From positions 1 to 64,000 of IMG/VR virus record IMGVR_UViG_3300034062_006395: 64,000 bases of DNA; one strand, 5' to 3'. How positions within the stretch are numbered: the stretch's first letter is position 1; the number at the start of each line of letters is the position of its first letter. Under the pieces are notes generated by a model. That model was not told where the DNA came from. It ran no database searches and worked only from the letters and a program-made list of their open reading frames with translations. This DNA comes from an uncultured virus (IMG/VR IMGVR_UViG_3300034062_006395) (taxonomy: Duplodnaviria; Heunggongvirae; Uroviricota; Caudoviricetes). A program made the position numbers and the translations under genes. Below, one piece after another: positions 9,317-18,524 of the stretch.

Positions 9317-10405
9317 ATGAAAAAAATAATTACATTTCGTTTTGATGATAATTTATATAGTTTTGATGATAATTTATATAGTAAAAACTATTTAAGAATT
9401 AAATATTTTAAAAGATCTAGCGTAATAAGTAATATGTTCTTTCTTGGAAAATATCTTGAATAATATGAAAATAATAATGGTAAATCATGCTGATTATGAA
9501 TTATATAATAAAGTATTTAGGTATCAATATTTAAGAACTAAATGGTTTAAACGAAAGAAAATGACAATGTCAATACTTATATTTACAGATTTTGTTCATA
9601 ATGAAAAGAGATTAATATGAAACGAATAATAGTAAATAATGCTGATGATCAACTATATGATAAAACATTTCGTTTTTTAAAATTAAAAAGTGAATGGTTT
9701 GTAGAACAAAGAAAAATGACAATGTTAATACAAAATAGATCTCTTATTAAAATTTTTTTTCATTTAAAAAATTTTAAAATCGTATTTTAACATTTTTAAG
9801 AAATGAAACGAATAGATCTTAAACCACGTGGTAATTTATATCCTTGTGTTAATGATAAAGTATTTGATGAAATATTTATTGAGATATTAGTACAAAGAGA
9901 ACGAGTAATAATGCATATAAAAAATGATTTTAGTAATAATTCAAATAGAATCTTTTTAAACGTAATCATCGCATGAAAAAAATATCTTATATTTCGCCAC
10001 CTTTAGGTATTAAAGTCCATCATTTTGACAAAAATTATGATAAAGTATTTTATAAAATTTCAACACAAATAATGATTTTAAGTATTATTAGAAATATTAA
10101 ACATATATCATGAAAAAAAATCTATTTAGATTCTCATGTATACTTAATTCACATAAATTACAACTATTTAAAAGAGTAGATAAAAAACTTAATCGATTAT
10201 ATTATAAAATTTCAGATCCTACAAGAACTTTATTTAATAGTATAATTGAAGACATAGAAAAATAACATGAAAAGAATTAATTTTAGTGCATATAAAAAAT
10301 ATCATAATTTTAATAATGTTAGAAATGAAAAAGAACAAAATATGGCAGATGAAATAAATTTTAAAACAAGGGTTAATTTACTTTATCACTTTTTAGATTG
10401 GTAAT
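9317..10405 (+). other. Tandem array of paralogous micro-ORFs starting MK(R/K)I
   Basis: Starts near 9317, 9465, 9617, 9803, 9973, 10110 and 10268; the 9465 and 9617 copies are clear paralogs. Confidence 0.6.
9340..9381. repeat. 21-bp perfect tandem duplication TTTTGATGATAATTTATATAG x2
   Basis: Read directly from the sequence; in-frame within a micro-ORF. Confidence 0.85.
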
Positions 10406-10416
10406 TAATAATTCAT

Positions 10417-10623
10417 ATGAAAAGCACAAAAAAACTCAGGTCATTTAGATTAAAACCTGAGACAAACCACAACGTAACAAACTTTAGACTTCAAGTCAGA
10501 GTTAAAAGAACTTTAGTATATACTTGGGTAGATACTGCAATTTTATTTTACGATAAAGCAAGAGCAGAAGATAAAGTTAAAAAACTAAATAAAAGATTTT
10601 CCAAACTTAACAAAAATAAGTAA
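10417..10623 (+). CDS. Small basic hypothetical protein
   Basis: 68-aa ORF. Confidence 0.55.
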   Translation: MKSTKKLRSFRLKPETNHNVTNFRLQVRVKRTLVYTWVDTAILFYDKARAEDKVKKLNKRFSKLNKNK

Positions 10624-10823
10624 TGGAAATTTATTTAGTTATTCTTTCTGTATTAGGATATTATCTTATATACAAAAAACATAGAAGAGCATCTTACTTA
10701 GTATTCATCGTACAAAACTTGCTTGCTTTAAACATGTATAAAAGTCCTTACATGTTTTTTAACATATTAGCTTGTATAATTTTAATCACAATAATAACAG
10801 CAAAAGATAATAAATATGGGTGA
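10623..10823 (+). CDS. Small membrane protein
   Basis: 66 aa, mostly hydrophobic. Confidence 0.55.
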   Translation: MEIYLVILSVLGYYLIYKKHRRASYLVFIVQNLLALNMYKSPYMFFNILACIILITIITAKDNKYG

Positions 10824-11303
10824 AACATTTATGTATGCTGGTAGATATATTTCAATTGAAGAATTAGAAAAATTTACCAATAAAAAATTAAATGAAATAA
10901 AAAATCTTGAGGATGTTGTAGTTGATTATCTTTGGGAAAAAACTAAAGAAAATGAATATGTAACTGCATCATCTTGATAAATTATGAAAAGACAAGAACA
11001 AAGATCGATGATTTATTTGACTAAAATTCATAAATTAGATTTTGAAATACTTTCTAATATTCATGATAAATTAGGTATGTTCAATAGATTTAACATTTCA
11101 AATAAACTTAAAATATTTAGTTTTGAAAAACATGTCTAATTATGTAGGTCATACCTCAATAGGTAGAGAAATAAGTACAAAAATAAAAAATAAAATGAAC
11201 AACAAAGCACAAAAAAATATGAATGATTCTGTTTTTTTTACAAATTCAAGTTTTAAAATAAAAAGAATGCAAATGCATAATCTTTTAATTAATACATCTG
11301 AAA

Positions 11304-12152
11304 ATGATGAAATATGGATATAAAGACAAACACAGTAAAAAAGTAATTATCATTAATGAAAGAGGTCAAAAAGTTGACCCAAGAAATAATTTATTATATC
11401 ATCACAATGTAAATAATGAATATTGGACAGAAATAACTAATAAAAATAAATTTGAAATTTTATTAAACGAATATTTAAACAAACAAACAACAACCACAAT
11501 GGAAGGTACAAAACTGATATGTCTAAACAATAATAATGGTAAATTTAGACATTTAACACCAAACAAAGAATATACATTAGAAGCACAAGAAGATGATTAT
11601 TATGTAGTTATTAATGATCGAAATGAAAGTGCAAGATATGCTAAAAAATACTTTAAAATTAGTACTGATAAAGAACCTGCTGCTAAAAAAGAAAGAGTTT
11701 TAAAAGTAGAACAATGGGATGGTTATGATCTTAAAGTTAGAGTTGATTCTACTGAATGGATATTAGATCTTAATTATATTGATTTACGTACATTAGACTG
11801 TTCATGTTCTATTACTGAATTTTTTGGTATAAATCCAATCTTAGAAGAAATAAATGCTAAATTAAAAGAAATAACTAAAGATAAAAAATTAACACCTAAA
11901 GAAATTGATTTATTTAAAGAACCAATTGAAAAAGCAATTGAAGAAATGATTAAAGATGTGATGGATAATAACTTAAATTTATTTTCTACAAATGTTAGTA
12001 ACAATAAAGAATTAGATAATTTAAAAAAAGAATTTAATATTGATTTTATAGAAATTATGTCAAAAATTGTAAAAGAAAATAAAAATAGCCAAGTATTTAC
12101 ATACACAAATAAAAATACATCGAATGAAATAATGACTTGGATTATTATGTAA
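11304..12152 (+). CDS. Hypothetical protein with an SH3-like module and a Cys-containing C-terminal domain
   Basis: KLICLNN...LTPNKEY...YYVVINDRNE module; CSCS motif; start uncertain. Confidence 0.65.
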   Translation: MMKYGYKDKHSKKVIIINERGQKVDPRNNLLYHHNVNNEYWTEITNKNKFEILLNEYLNKQTTTTMEGTKLICLNNNNGKFRHLTPNKEYTLEAQEDDYYVVINDRNESARYAKKYFKISTDKEPAAKKERVLKVEQWDGYDLKVRVDSTEWILDLNYIDLRTLDCSCSITEFFGINPILEEINAKLKEITKDKKLTPKEIDLFKEPIEKAIEEMIKDVMDNNLNLFSTNVSNNKELDNLKKEFNIDFIEIMSKIVKENKNSQVFTYTNKNTSNEIMTWIIM

Positions 12153-12436
12153 TATTCTGTATATTACTTTTTACAATAACTATGATTAGTATTCATTTTA
12201 CATTTAAACGTAAATTGATGGTAGGGAATGCTAAAATTGAAAAAATATTTCATGATGAAAGAAATTATATAACTTTAAATTCAGGTAAAAACGTATATTA
12301 TTCTCATATTGTAACATTTAGATATAACGGGGATGTTGAAAATACTTGTAGTTGTAATAATGAAGGAGAAGTTTTAAATTATCTAAAAGAACAAGGAATT
12401 AAAGAAGTAGAAGTAATTTATAATCCATACCGTTAA
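12137..12436 (+). CDS. Hypothetical protein with N-terminal TM helix
   Basis: 99-aa ORF. Confidence 0.55.
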   Translation: MDYYVIFCILLFTITMISIHFTFKRKLMVGNAKIEKIFHDERNYITLNSGKNVYYSHIVTFRYNGDVENTCSCNNEGEVLNYLKEQGIKEVEVIYNPYR

Positions 12437-12448
12437 AACCAAAAAAAG

Positions 12449-12670
12449 ATGTTGTATCTTAAACCTTTAAAGTGGAGTTTATTACCCACTGTTTTATTTT
12501 ACGTGTGTTTCTCTTTTTATGAATTGAGTTTTACAGCACCAATTGAAGCCTTTGTTCAAAATAAAGGCTTGAGATTAGCTTTATTATTAACAGAATTATT
12601 TATTTATTTCTTGTTATTAGCAATTTATCACAACAGAAAACAATTAATTGATTTAGCATCAAACGATTAA
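12449..12670 (+). CDS. Small membrane protein
   Basis: Two hydrophobic segments. Confidence 0.6.
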   Translation: MLYLKPLKWSLLPTVLFYVCFSFYELSFTAPIEAFVQNKGLRLALLLTELFIYFLLLAIYHNRKQLIDLASND

Positions 12671-12681
12671 TACAACAAACA

Positions 12682-13206
12682 ATGAAAAAAACAATCTTTT
12701 CTTTATTACTTTTAATATCATTTTCAGCATTTGCTACAGATGAAGTTAAAACTTTAATTGACAATACCACAGAAGGGGTATCAACAGTTTATAATGATTC
12801 AAAATCAGTTATAGATTCTGCATACCAAGATTCTAAAAGCATTATAAAAACTATTCACGACGATTTAAAAGATGTTAGTCCTGTATTATATCAGGATGGT
12901 AAAGAACTACTACATAAAGTTGCTGAAGTTCTTGGAACAACAGCAAACCAAGTATGGGCTATTCTAATTAAACAACAAGTTGTATGGTCTATTTGTGGTT
13001 TAATATTTATGATAAGTTCGATATTTATCATTAAAACAGTTTTAAAAAAAATGTCAAATGATTATATCATTGCTAAAGTAATAATAGTAGTAGCTTTAAT
13101 AATTGGAAATTCAATACAACTACCAAAAACAGTAACAGGTTTTGTTAATCCTGAATATGGAGCAATCAAAGAACTGTACATGTACTACAATAAATTTAAT
13201 CAATAA
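12682..13206 (+). CDS. Signal-peptide-bearing membrane protein
   Basis: MKKTIFSLLLLISFSAFA signal peptide; two C-terminal TM segments. Confidence 0.75.
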   Translation: MKKTIFSLLLLISFSAFATDEVKTLIDNTTEGVSTVYNDSKSVIDSAYQDSKSIIKTIHDDLKDVSPVLYQDGKELLHKVAEVLGTTANQVWAILIKQQVVWSICGLIFMISSIFIIKTVLKKMSNDYIIAKVIIVVALIIGNSIQLPKTVTGFVNPEYGAIKELYMYYNKFNQ

Positions 13207-13221
13207 ATATGAACATCGATA

Positions 13222-13261
13222 AACAATTGTCGTAGAACTCCTGCGGCAATTGTTATTTTTT
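13222..13261 (+). terminator. Intrinsic terminator
   Basis: AACAATTGTCGTAG/CTGCGGCAATTGTT stem plus T tract. Confidence 0.65.
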
Positions 13262-13266
13262 ATTAT

Positions 13267-13590
13267 ATGAATAATACAAAACATTTAATTTTTAGCTATG
13301 GAAGTTTAATACTTCCTGAAAATTTAGAAAAATTTAAAAGTAAAATTTTAAAATCTGTTTTTATAAAAGGATTTGATTTAGAAATAACAAAATCACAAAC
13401 AAGTAAAACAAATTATCATTATATTCAATTAATAGAAGGTAAAAATATTATACCTGGTTTTTTAATAGAAACTGAAAACATTGAACTTATTGATAAATGG
13501 GAAGGTAATTCTTACAAAAGAGTTAAAATTAAATGTTTCACAAGAAATTTAGAAAAAATTGAATGTTTTACTTATATCAAAAACATATAA
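13267..13590 (+). CDS. Gamma-glutamylcyclotransferase (AIG2/GGCT-like) protein
   Basis: IFSYGSL N-terminal motif; IDKWEG..Y.R. Confidence 0.75.
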   Translation: MNNTKHLIFSYGSLILPENLEKFKSKILKSVFIKGFDLEITKSQTSKTNYHYIQLIEGKNIIPGFLIETENIELIDKWEGNSYKRVKIKCFTRNLEKIECFTYIKNI

Positions 13591-13873
13591 AACAATGAAC
13601 GAACCACTCAAAATACCAACACATTTCAGATTTTTAAATAAAAAAGAAGCTGCTCATTGGAATAGAACAACTGATGATTGGAATCCAATACATGAAATAC
13701 AAATTCAAGTACATGAAATACAAATTCAAGGTGATGTAGATTATTATGAAATATCTACACCTTCTTTTGCTTGGGTTACTTACGATGTTAAAAAACCTAA
13801 TTTAGAATTTAAAGTTGCTAAATTTACTAAGAAAGATTTAAAAGAATTTAATGAATATGATGAATATGATTAA
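13559..13873 (+). CDS. Hypothetical protein with an internal 21-bp duplication
   Basis: TACATGAAATACAAATTCAAG x2 at 13689-13730 (HEIQIQ twice). Confidence 0.6.
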   Translation: MNVLLISKTYKTMNEPLKIPTHFRFLNKKEAAHWNRTTDDWNPIHEIQIQVHEIQIQGDVDYYEISTPSFAWVTYDVKKPNLEFKVAKFTKKDLKEFNEYDEYD

Positions 13874-14285
13874 TATGAAACCAATAGACTTAACTGAAGA
13901 ACAAAAAAACAAACTACTTGAAATGTGTCAAGTATTGTTTCCTGAATATAAAAAAATATTCTTTTTTAATAAAGACCAAGAAGGTAATTATGATGAAGAA
14001 GATTTTATTAGTTTTGATAGTGAATATATTCATTGGTTTGAATTTTGTACTCGCTTTCTAATGTCAAAGTTAGATGCGTTGTACATAGAAAAGATTTTAG
14101 ATCCTGTTGATCCTTATGGTAAAACAAATAATTATGGTCGAGGATCTATTAAAGACTACCCTGATAATTGGTCAGAACTATGGAACAAAAGAATTTTTTA
14201 CGAATATCCTAATAATCTAAATGGTACTTTTCCCAAAAAACATCCAGTAGATTATCTTTATGATGAATTTAAAAAGAATAAATGA
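13851..14285 (+). CDS. Hypothetical phage protein
   Basis: LTEEQKNKLLEMC..LFPEY, IHWFEFC, HPVDYLY motifs. Confidence 0.7.
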   Translation: MNMMNMINMKPIDLTEEQKNKLLEMCQVLFPEYKKIFFFNKDQEGNYDEEDFISFDSEYIHWFEFCTRFLMSKLDALYIEKILDPVDPYGKTNNYGRGSIKDYPDNWSELWNKRIFYEYPNNLNGTFPKKHPVDYLYDEFKKNK

Positions 14286-15033
14286 AAAAAATTGATTCTA
14301 CAAGTTTTTATATCATTGAAAGAAACTTTAAAAGACCATTATTTGATATAAATAAAAAAATTAGTTTAAATATAAGAGGTAAAGTAATGCCTAATACAGA
14401 AGGAAACATAATGTTACAATTGTCTCTTTTAATAGATGATTCTACAAACTTTAGTTCGTTAATTTATCATTTAAAATGAAAAGACAAATATTTCCAGTAA
14501 TAATTATTGATACAAATTTTAATAAATTTACAAATAATCACACATTTAATAAAGTATATGTAAATCTTTATAATAAAAGTTACTTAATAATAAAAGATAA
14601 TTTATTTTATGCTATTACAGATACGTTGTATGAAAACGATATGATATGAAAAGAATTAATCATTACAAAACCATTGCGAAAAGATTCAATGGTGATTTTT
14701 TACAATTACCTAATTTAATTGATTCAAGTGAATCAACTATTGAAATAAAAACAACAATTATATATCCTATATTTAATAAACTATCTTTTCAACAAAGAGA
14801 AATGCTAATACTTTACTTTTATAATTTAAGAAACAACGAATTATTATATGGAAAGAATTCATGGATATAAATTAAACAAAATGATTGGTAGTTTCACTCA
14901 TTTAAAATTTATAGATAAAACAACTAATATAACAAGAGGAAAAATGATAAGAACTATAGCTGGTGATTTGTATATCAAATTGAATACTGAATTAATAAAT
15001 ACTATCTGTTCATTTAACAATGAAGATGAATAA
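14282..15033 (+). other. Third array of micro-ORFs (MKKID, MKRQI, MKRIN, MERIH)
   Basis: ORFs at 14282, about 14476, 14646 and 14848, with overlapping or adjacent start/stop codons. Confidence 0.55.
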
Positions 15034-15229
15034 AGCTACAAAAATAATACAAAAGTTGTTATTTGGAACTACTTTTGCAACACAAGATTGTGTTTATCAA
15101 GAACCAAAACCAAAACCAAGAAAATTAAACATTGGACGTACTATATATCCAGATGGAAAATATTCGTTTAATGAAATATTTCAAAACGCTAATCAACAAT
15201 TAAACCAAAGAAATGCAAAGAAAAACTAA
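15020..15229 (+). CDS. Hypothetical protein
   Basis: 69-aa ORF. Confidence 0.55.
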   Translation: MKMNKATKIIQKLLFGTTFATQDCVYQEPKPKPRKLNIGRTIYPDGKYSFNEIFQNANQQLNQRNAKKN

Positions 15230-15431
15230 TAATGCAAATCCATATTGGAGATTAGCAAATAGTTCTAATGAATTAGTAGAATATGGAAAACTTTATCAAG
15301 AACCAATAATTGGTAAATCTTGTATAGTAGGACTTCACTACACAAAAAATGTAACGAAGATCATTTCTAAAACTGAAGATACGATACTTTTTAAAACTGA
15401 TGAGTTAGTCTATAAACTACAAAAACAATAA
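15213..15431 (+). CDS. Hypothetical protein
   Basis: 72-aa ORF. Confidence 0.55.
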   Translation: MQRKTNNANPYWRLANSSNELVEYGKLYQEPIIGKSCIVGLHYTKNVTKIISKTEDTILFKTDELVYKLQKQ

Positions 15432-15436
15432 AATGA

Positions 15437-15614
15437 GGGTTTGTAGTTTAAATGAAGAAAATAGTTAAAAGAAAAGAGTTGTGTAAAAATAACTCTTTTC
15501 TTTTAATGAAAAGAAAGAATCATATTCCACTTAGTGGTAGCCATTCGCTTCTTTTTCTTCTTGGTTAAAACTTTCTTTAAAAAGAAAATGCGGGGTCGGG
15601 ACCCGTCAAATCCA
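15437..15614 (+). ncRNA. tRNA-like element with a large structured insertion replacing the anticodon arm
   Basis: Acceptor GGGTTTG/CAAATCC, TAGTTT after the 5' strand, T-like arm GCGGG-GTCGGGA-CCCGT, internal 16-bp hairpin TTAAAAGAAAAGAGTT/AACTCTTTTCTTTTAA and further hairpins. Confidence 0.55.
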
Positions 15615-15631
15615 CAATTAAATTTAAAAAA

Positions 15632-16117
15632 ATGGATCACGTTATTAACAACATGGCTGCTATAATTATAATTATTACAGTATTTTCAATTTTAATTGGA
15701 ACATTAATACACAATCAAGAAAATTATGACAATACACCATTAAACAATGAAACAATGGGCAGAAAAGGTAAAAGACACAAAAAACATAATTCATCAAAAG
15801 ACACAAACATGCAATCACAAACTATATCAAGAGAAATAATCTTAGACAAACAATATTTAAGATTAGGTGCTTTAAATGATGAACTTATTGTAAATTTTAA
15901 GCTACAAATTGAAAAATACAGAAAAGAAAATTTAACAACTGATGAAAAACCAGTTCGTGAATTAAGAAAAAGTTATTTGTTTACAGATGAACTTACAAAA
16001 GATGAATTACTATTAGAATTAAAAGACATTTTAGAAATAATGGATGATAAAAAAATATTTTATAAAATTGATCCAAAAGGAGGAATGACATTAGAAATAA
16101 AATATAACTATGAATAA
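15632..16117 (+). CDS. Hypothetical protein with N-terminal TM helix; its stop codon abuts the intron guide sequence
   Basis: 161-aa ORF; TAA at 16115-16117. Confidence 0.65.
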   Translation: MDHVINNMAAIIIIITVFSILIGTLIHNQENYDNTPLNNETMGRKGKRHKKHNSSKDTNMQSQTISREIILDKQYLRLGALNDELIVNFKLQIEKYRKENLTTDEKPVRELRKSYLFTDELTKDELLLELKDILEIMDDKKIFYKIDPKGGMTLEIKYNYE

Positions 16118-16299
16118 TGTGCGGCTTTAAGGAGTGATCCTTATTGAAAAACTGGATGAATTGCTGGAAAGTACAAACAATCAGCAGCCAAGCTATAGAT
16201 ACATCTATAGAAGGTTCAGAGACTACCTGAGAAGTACAGTCTTCTTAATAACAGGTTACAGCGTCCAGCATCTCTATGAGATGATGATATAGTCCGATG
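16117..16299 (+). ncRNA. Group I ribozyme (IA-like core), permuted at L1, no ORF; its 5' splice site lies downstream at 19261/19262
   Basis: IGS ATGT-G-CGG 16117-16124; P2 TAAGGA-GTGA-TCCTTA; P3 CTGGATG/CGTCCAG; P AATTGCTGGAAA; Q AATCAGCAG; P6a CTATAGAT/ATCTATAG; R TTCAGAGACTA; P8 CATCTC/GAGATG; S GATATAGTCC; terminal G at 16299. Confidence 0.9.
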
Positions 16300-16664
16300 A
16301 CATAAAATTTCAAAGCGAAGAATTTAAACATTTATTAGATTACTTAAAAAAATTAAAGATTACAGATACTAAAAATGGATTTAATAAATCTGTAACTTAT
16401 AAAGGTTTTCAATACGACTTAGCACAAGGTGGTTTGCACGGTTGTATTAAAGCTGGTATTTACGACAATAAAGATGGTAGAATCATAGATGTTGACGTAA
16501 GTAGTTTTTATCCAAATTTGGCTATTAAAAACAAGTTTTATGCCTCTCATTTAGGTGAAGAATTTTGTGATATTTATGAAGAGATTTATTTAGAAAGAAA
16601 AAAGTATCCCAAAAAAAGTCCTGAAAATGAAGGATTAAAACTTGCATTAAATGGTGCATATGGT
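16300..16664 (+). CDS. DNA polymerase family B, exon 2 (motif A and most of motif B)
   Basis: Open frame (Y)IKFQSEEFKHLLDYLK...GGLHGC...DVDVSSFYPN...KLALNGAYG; no ATG of its own. Confidence 0.9.
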
Positions 16665-16697
16665 TGAAAAAAAATAACTAAAAATTTCACAAAAAAG

Positions 16698-16728
16698 TTG
16701 CATTTAAAGATAATTTGTTGTATATTTG
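16698..16728 (+). promoter_or_regulatory. Bacteroidota sigma70-type promoter for the GIY-YIG gene
   Basis: TTG (16698-16700), 20-nt spacer, TATATTTG (16721-16728); matches the -33/-7 TAnnTTTG consensus. Confidence 0.7.
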
Positions 16729-16746
16729 TAAAAAATACAACAATAT

Positions 16747-17529
16747 ATGAAAATAGATGTAAACAATTTAGAAGATTTATTAAAATCAGGAGTATATCTT
16801 ATTAAAAATATTATCAATAATAAAGTTTATATTGGTAGTACTAAAATGTCCATACATAAACGAGTAAATCATCATATAGGACGATTAAGAATAAATACGC
16901 ATAAAAATGCACATTTACAAAATTCTTATAATAAATATGGTGAGGACAATTTTATAATAGAGATACTTGAAATTACAGACAAAAATGATACATTAATTAG
17001 AGAACAGTATTGGATTAATAATTATAAAGAAAATAATAAAATTCTTTATAATATTAATCCTTTAGCTACTGGTCCTGATTTATCTAAAGAAACAATTGAA
17101 AAAAGAAGACAAACTATGTTGAAAAAGTATGCTTCTGGTGAATTTGATCATATAAAGGAAAAATTAAAAAACCGCATTCCATGGAATAAAGGTAAAAAAT
17201 ATGAATCAACTGAACATTTAAAAGTTTCTAAAAATAAAAAAGGAGATAGAGACAATTTTTCTAAAAATTGTAGAGAAAAATTACCAGAAATATATGTATA
17301 TGATCTAAATAAAAGTTTTATAGCAAAATGGAACTGTTCTAAAGACATTGAAGACTGGTCAATAACGGATGAAAATAATTATCCTATAAAATCACGATTT
17401 AATACTGAAAGAATGGGAAAACCTATAAAACTTTTACAGTCTGTAAATATTAATAAGTCTTGTAAGACAGGTAAACCTTACAAAGGTTTATATTTTAGTT
17501 ACAAGCCGTTCAATTTAGAAATAGATTGA
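16747..17529 (+). CDS. GIY-YIG homing endonuclease (intron-encoded)
   Basis: SGVYLIKNIINNKVYIGST, R..HH..L, HKNAHLQNSYNKYG, REQYWI; C-terminal NUMOD-like PWNKGK. Confidence 0.93.
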   Translation: MKIDVNNLEDLLKSGVYLIKNIINNKVYIGSTKMSIHKRVNHHIGRLRINTHKNAHLQNSYNKYGEDNFIIEILEITDKNDTLIREQYWINNYKENNKILYNINPLATGPDLSKETIEKRRQTMLKKYASGEFDHIKEKLKNRIPWNKGKKYESTEHLKVSKNKKGDRDNFSKNCREKLPEIYVYDLNKSFIAKWNCSKDIEDWSITDENNYPIKSRFNTERMGKPIKLLQSVNINKSCKTGKPYKGLYFSYKPFNLEID

Positions 17530-17756
17530 ATTATGAGTGGGTAAATTCGGTGAAGTCTGAAATGATAATACCGAGCTAACTGATTAAATTACGAAAGGTT
17601 AATCAGTAGTGTAGAGCGTAGTTGGTGAATAAATATAATCCAACCAAGAGTATCCACTATCTAAACATGTCAGGATGTAGATAAAAATGTACGCCGAGCT
17701 TACGGGAATAAAACCGTAAGAATCCAAGGATAAAAAGCCCTGGAGATAACAATCTG

Positions 17757-18524
17757 AAAAGCAATGAGGAGAATTCCTTTCTATATGATCCTAAGTTAAC
17801 TATGCAAACAACAATTAATGGTCAATTACTATTAATTATGTTAGCTGAAAAAATAGTAGATAGTTTAGATTGTATAGTTTTACAAGCAAATACAGATGGT
17901 TTAACCTTTAAAATTAAAAATGAAGATTACGATCAATTTGTATCTATTTGTAAAGAATGGGAAGAATTAACTCAACTTGAATTGGAATTTGCTGAATATG
18001 AGAAAATGGTCATAAGAGATGTAAATAATTACTGTGGTAAATTTTTAAATGGCTATGTCAAAGAAAAAGGTATATTCTTAACAAAAAGAGAATGGCATAA
18101 AAATCATTCTATGTTATGTGTATCAAAAGCTTTGAATAATTATTTTCTCGACAACATTCCAATTATAGAAACTTTTAATAATTTAGATATTCTTGACTTT
18201 TGTAAAGTTGTCACAACAACTGGTAATTGGTCTACAGAGTATCATTACCTAAAAGATTCTGAATTACACATAGAAGAACATTCTAAAACAACAAGGTATT
18301 TTATATCAAACAAAGGAGGTATATTAATCAAAAGAAATAACGTTGATGATAGAGAAATAATGGTTGAATCAAGAACATATGTTCAAATAGCAAATGTTAT
18401 TGACAAATCAAAAGAACTATCTTCATATGATATTAATTTTAATTATTATCTCAATGAATGTAATAAAATAATAAGTAAAATTACACCAATGGAAAATTAC
18501 AAATTAGAATTTGATTATGATTAA
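17757..18524 (+). CDS. DNA polymerase family B, exon 3 (motif C, C-terminus)
   Basis: KSNEENSFLYDPKLTMQTTINGQL...ANTDG...RDVNNY...K.KG; in frame with ORF 17802-18524. Confidence 0.92.
   Translation, partial: KSNEENSFLYDPKLTMQTTINGQLLLIMLAEKIVDSLDCIVLQANTDGLTFKIKNEDYDQFVSICKEWEELTQLELEFAEYEKMVIRDVNNYCGKFLNGYVKEKGIFLTKREWHKNHSMLCVSKALNNYFLDNIPIIETFNNLDILDFCKVVTTTGNWSTEYHYLKDSELHIEEHSKTTRYFISNKGGILIKRNNVDDREIMVESRTYVQIANVIDKSKELSSYDINFNYYLNECNKIISKITPMENYKLEFDYD

Larger units (their letters stand above)
16665..17756 (+). mobile_element. Group I intron in PolB motif B, with a GIY-YIG endonuclease in L1
   Basis: Exon ends in U (TAT GGT|); intron ends in G (AATCTG|AAA AGC AAT); splicing restores NGAYG-KSNEENSFLYDP. 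IGS GCCGT at 17505; P AAATTCGGTGAA; Q AATACCGAG; P3 AGTGGGTA/TATCCACT; P9 CTTACGG/CCGTAAG. Confidence 0.92.

Noticed and set aside
9317..10405. CRISPR array in the repetitive AT-rich region
   Set aside because: No identical repeats with regular spacers; the periodicity comes from diverged micro-ORFs.
15632..16117. ORF 15632-16117 as the 5' exon of the 16117-16299 intron (ordinary cis-splicing)
   Set aside because: It has no polymerase or exonuclease motifs and ends at its own stop. I found no CCGU near its end to pair with the IGS, whereas 19258-19261 matches and restores the frame.
16434..16667. 77-aa ORF starting at TTG 16434 as an independent gene
   Set aside because: The TTG lies inside the GGLHG motif; the frame is open back to the ribozyme 3' end and is interrupted by an intron, so this is an internal exon.
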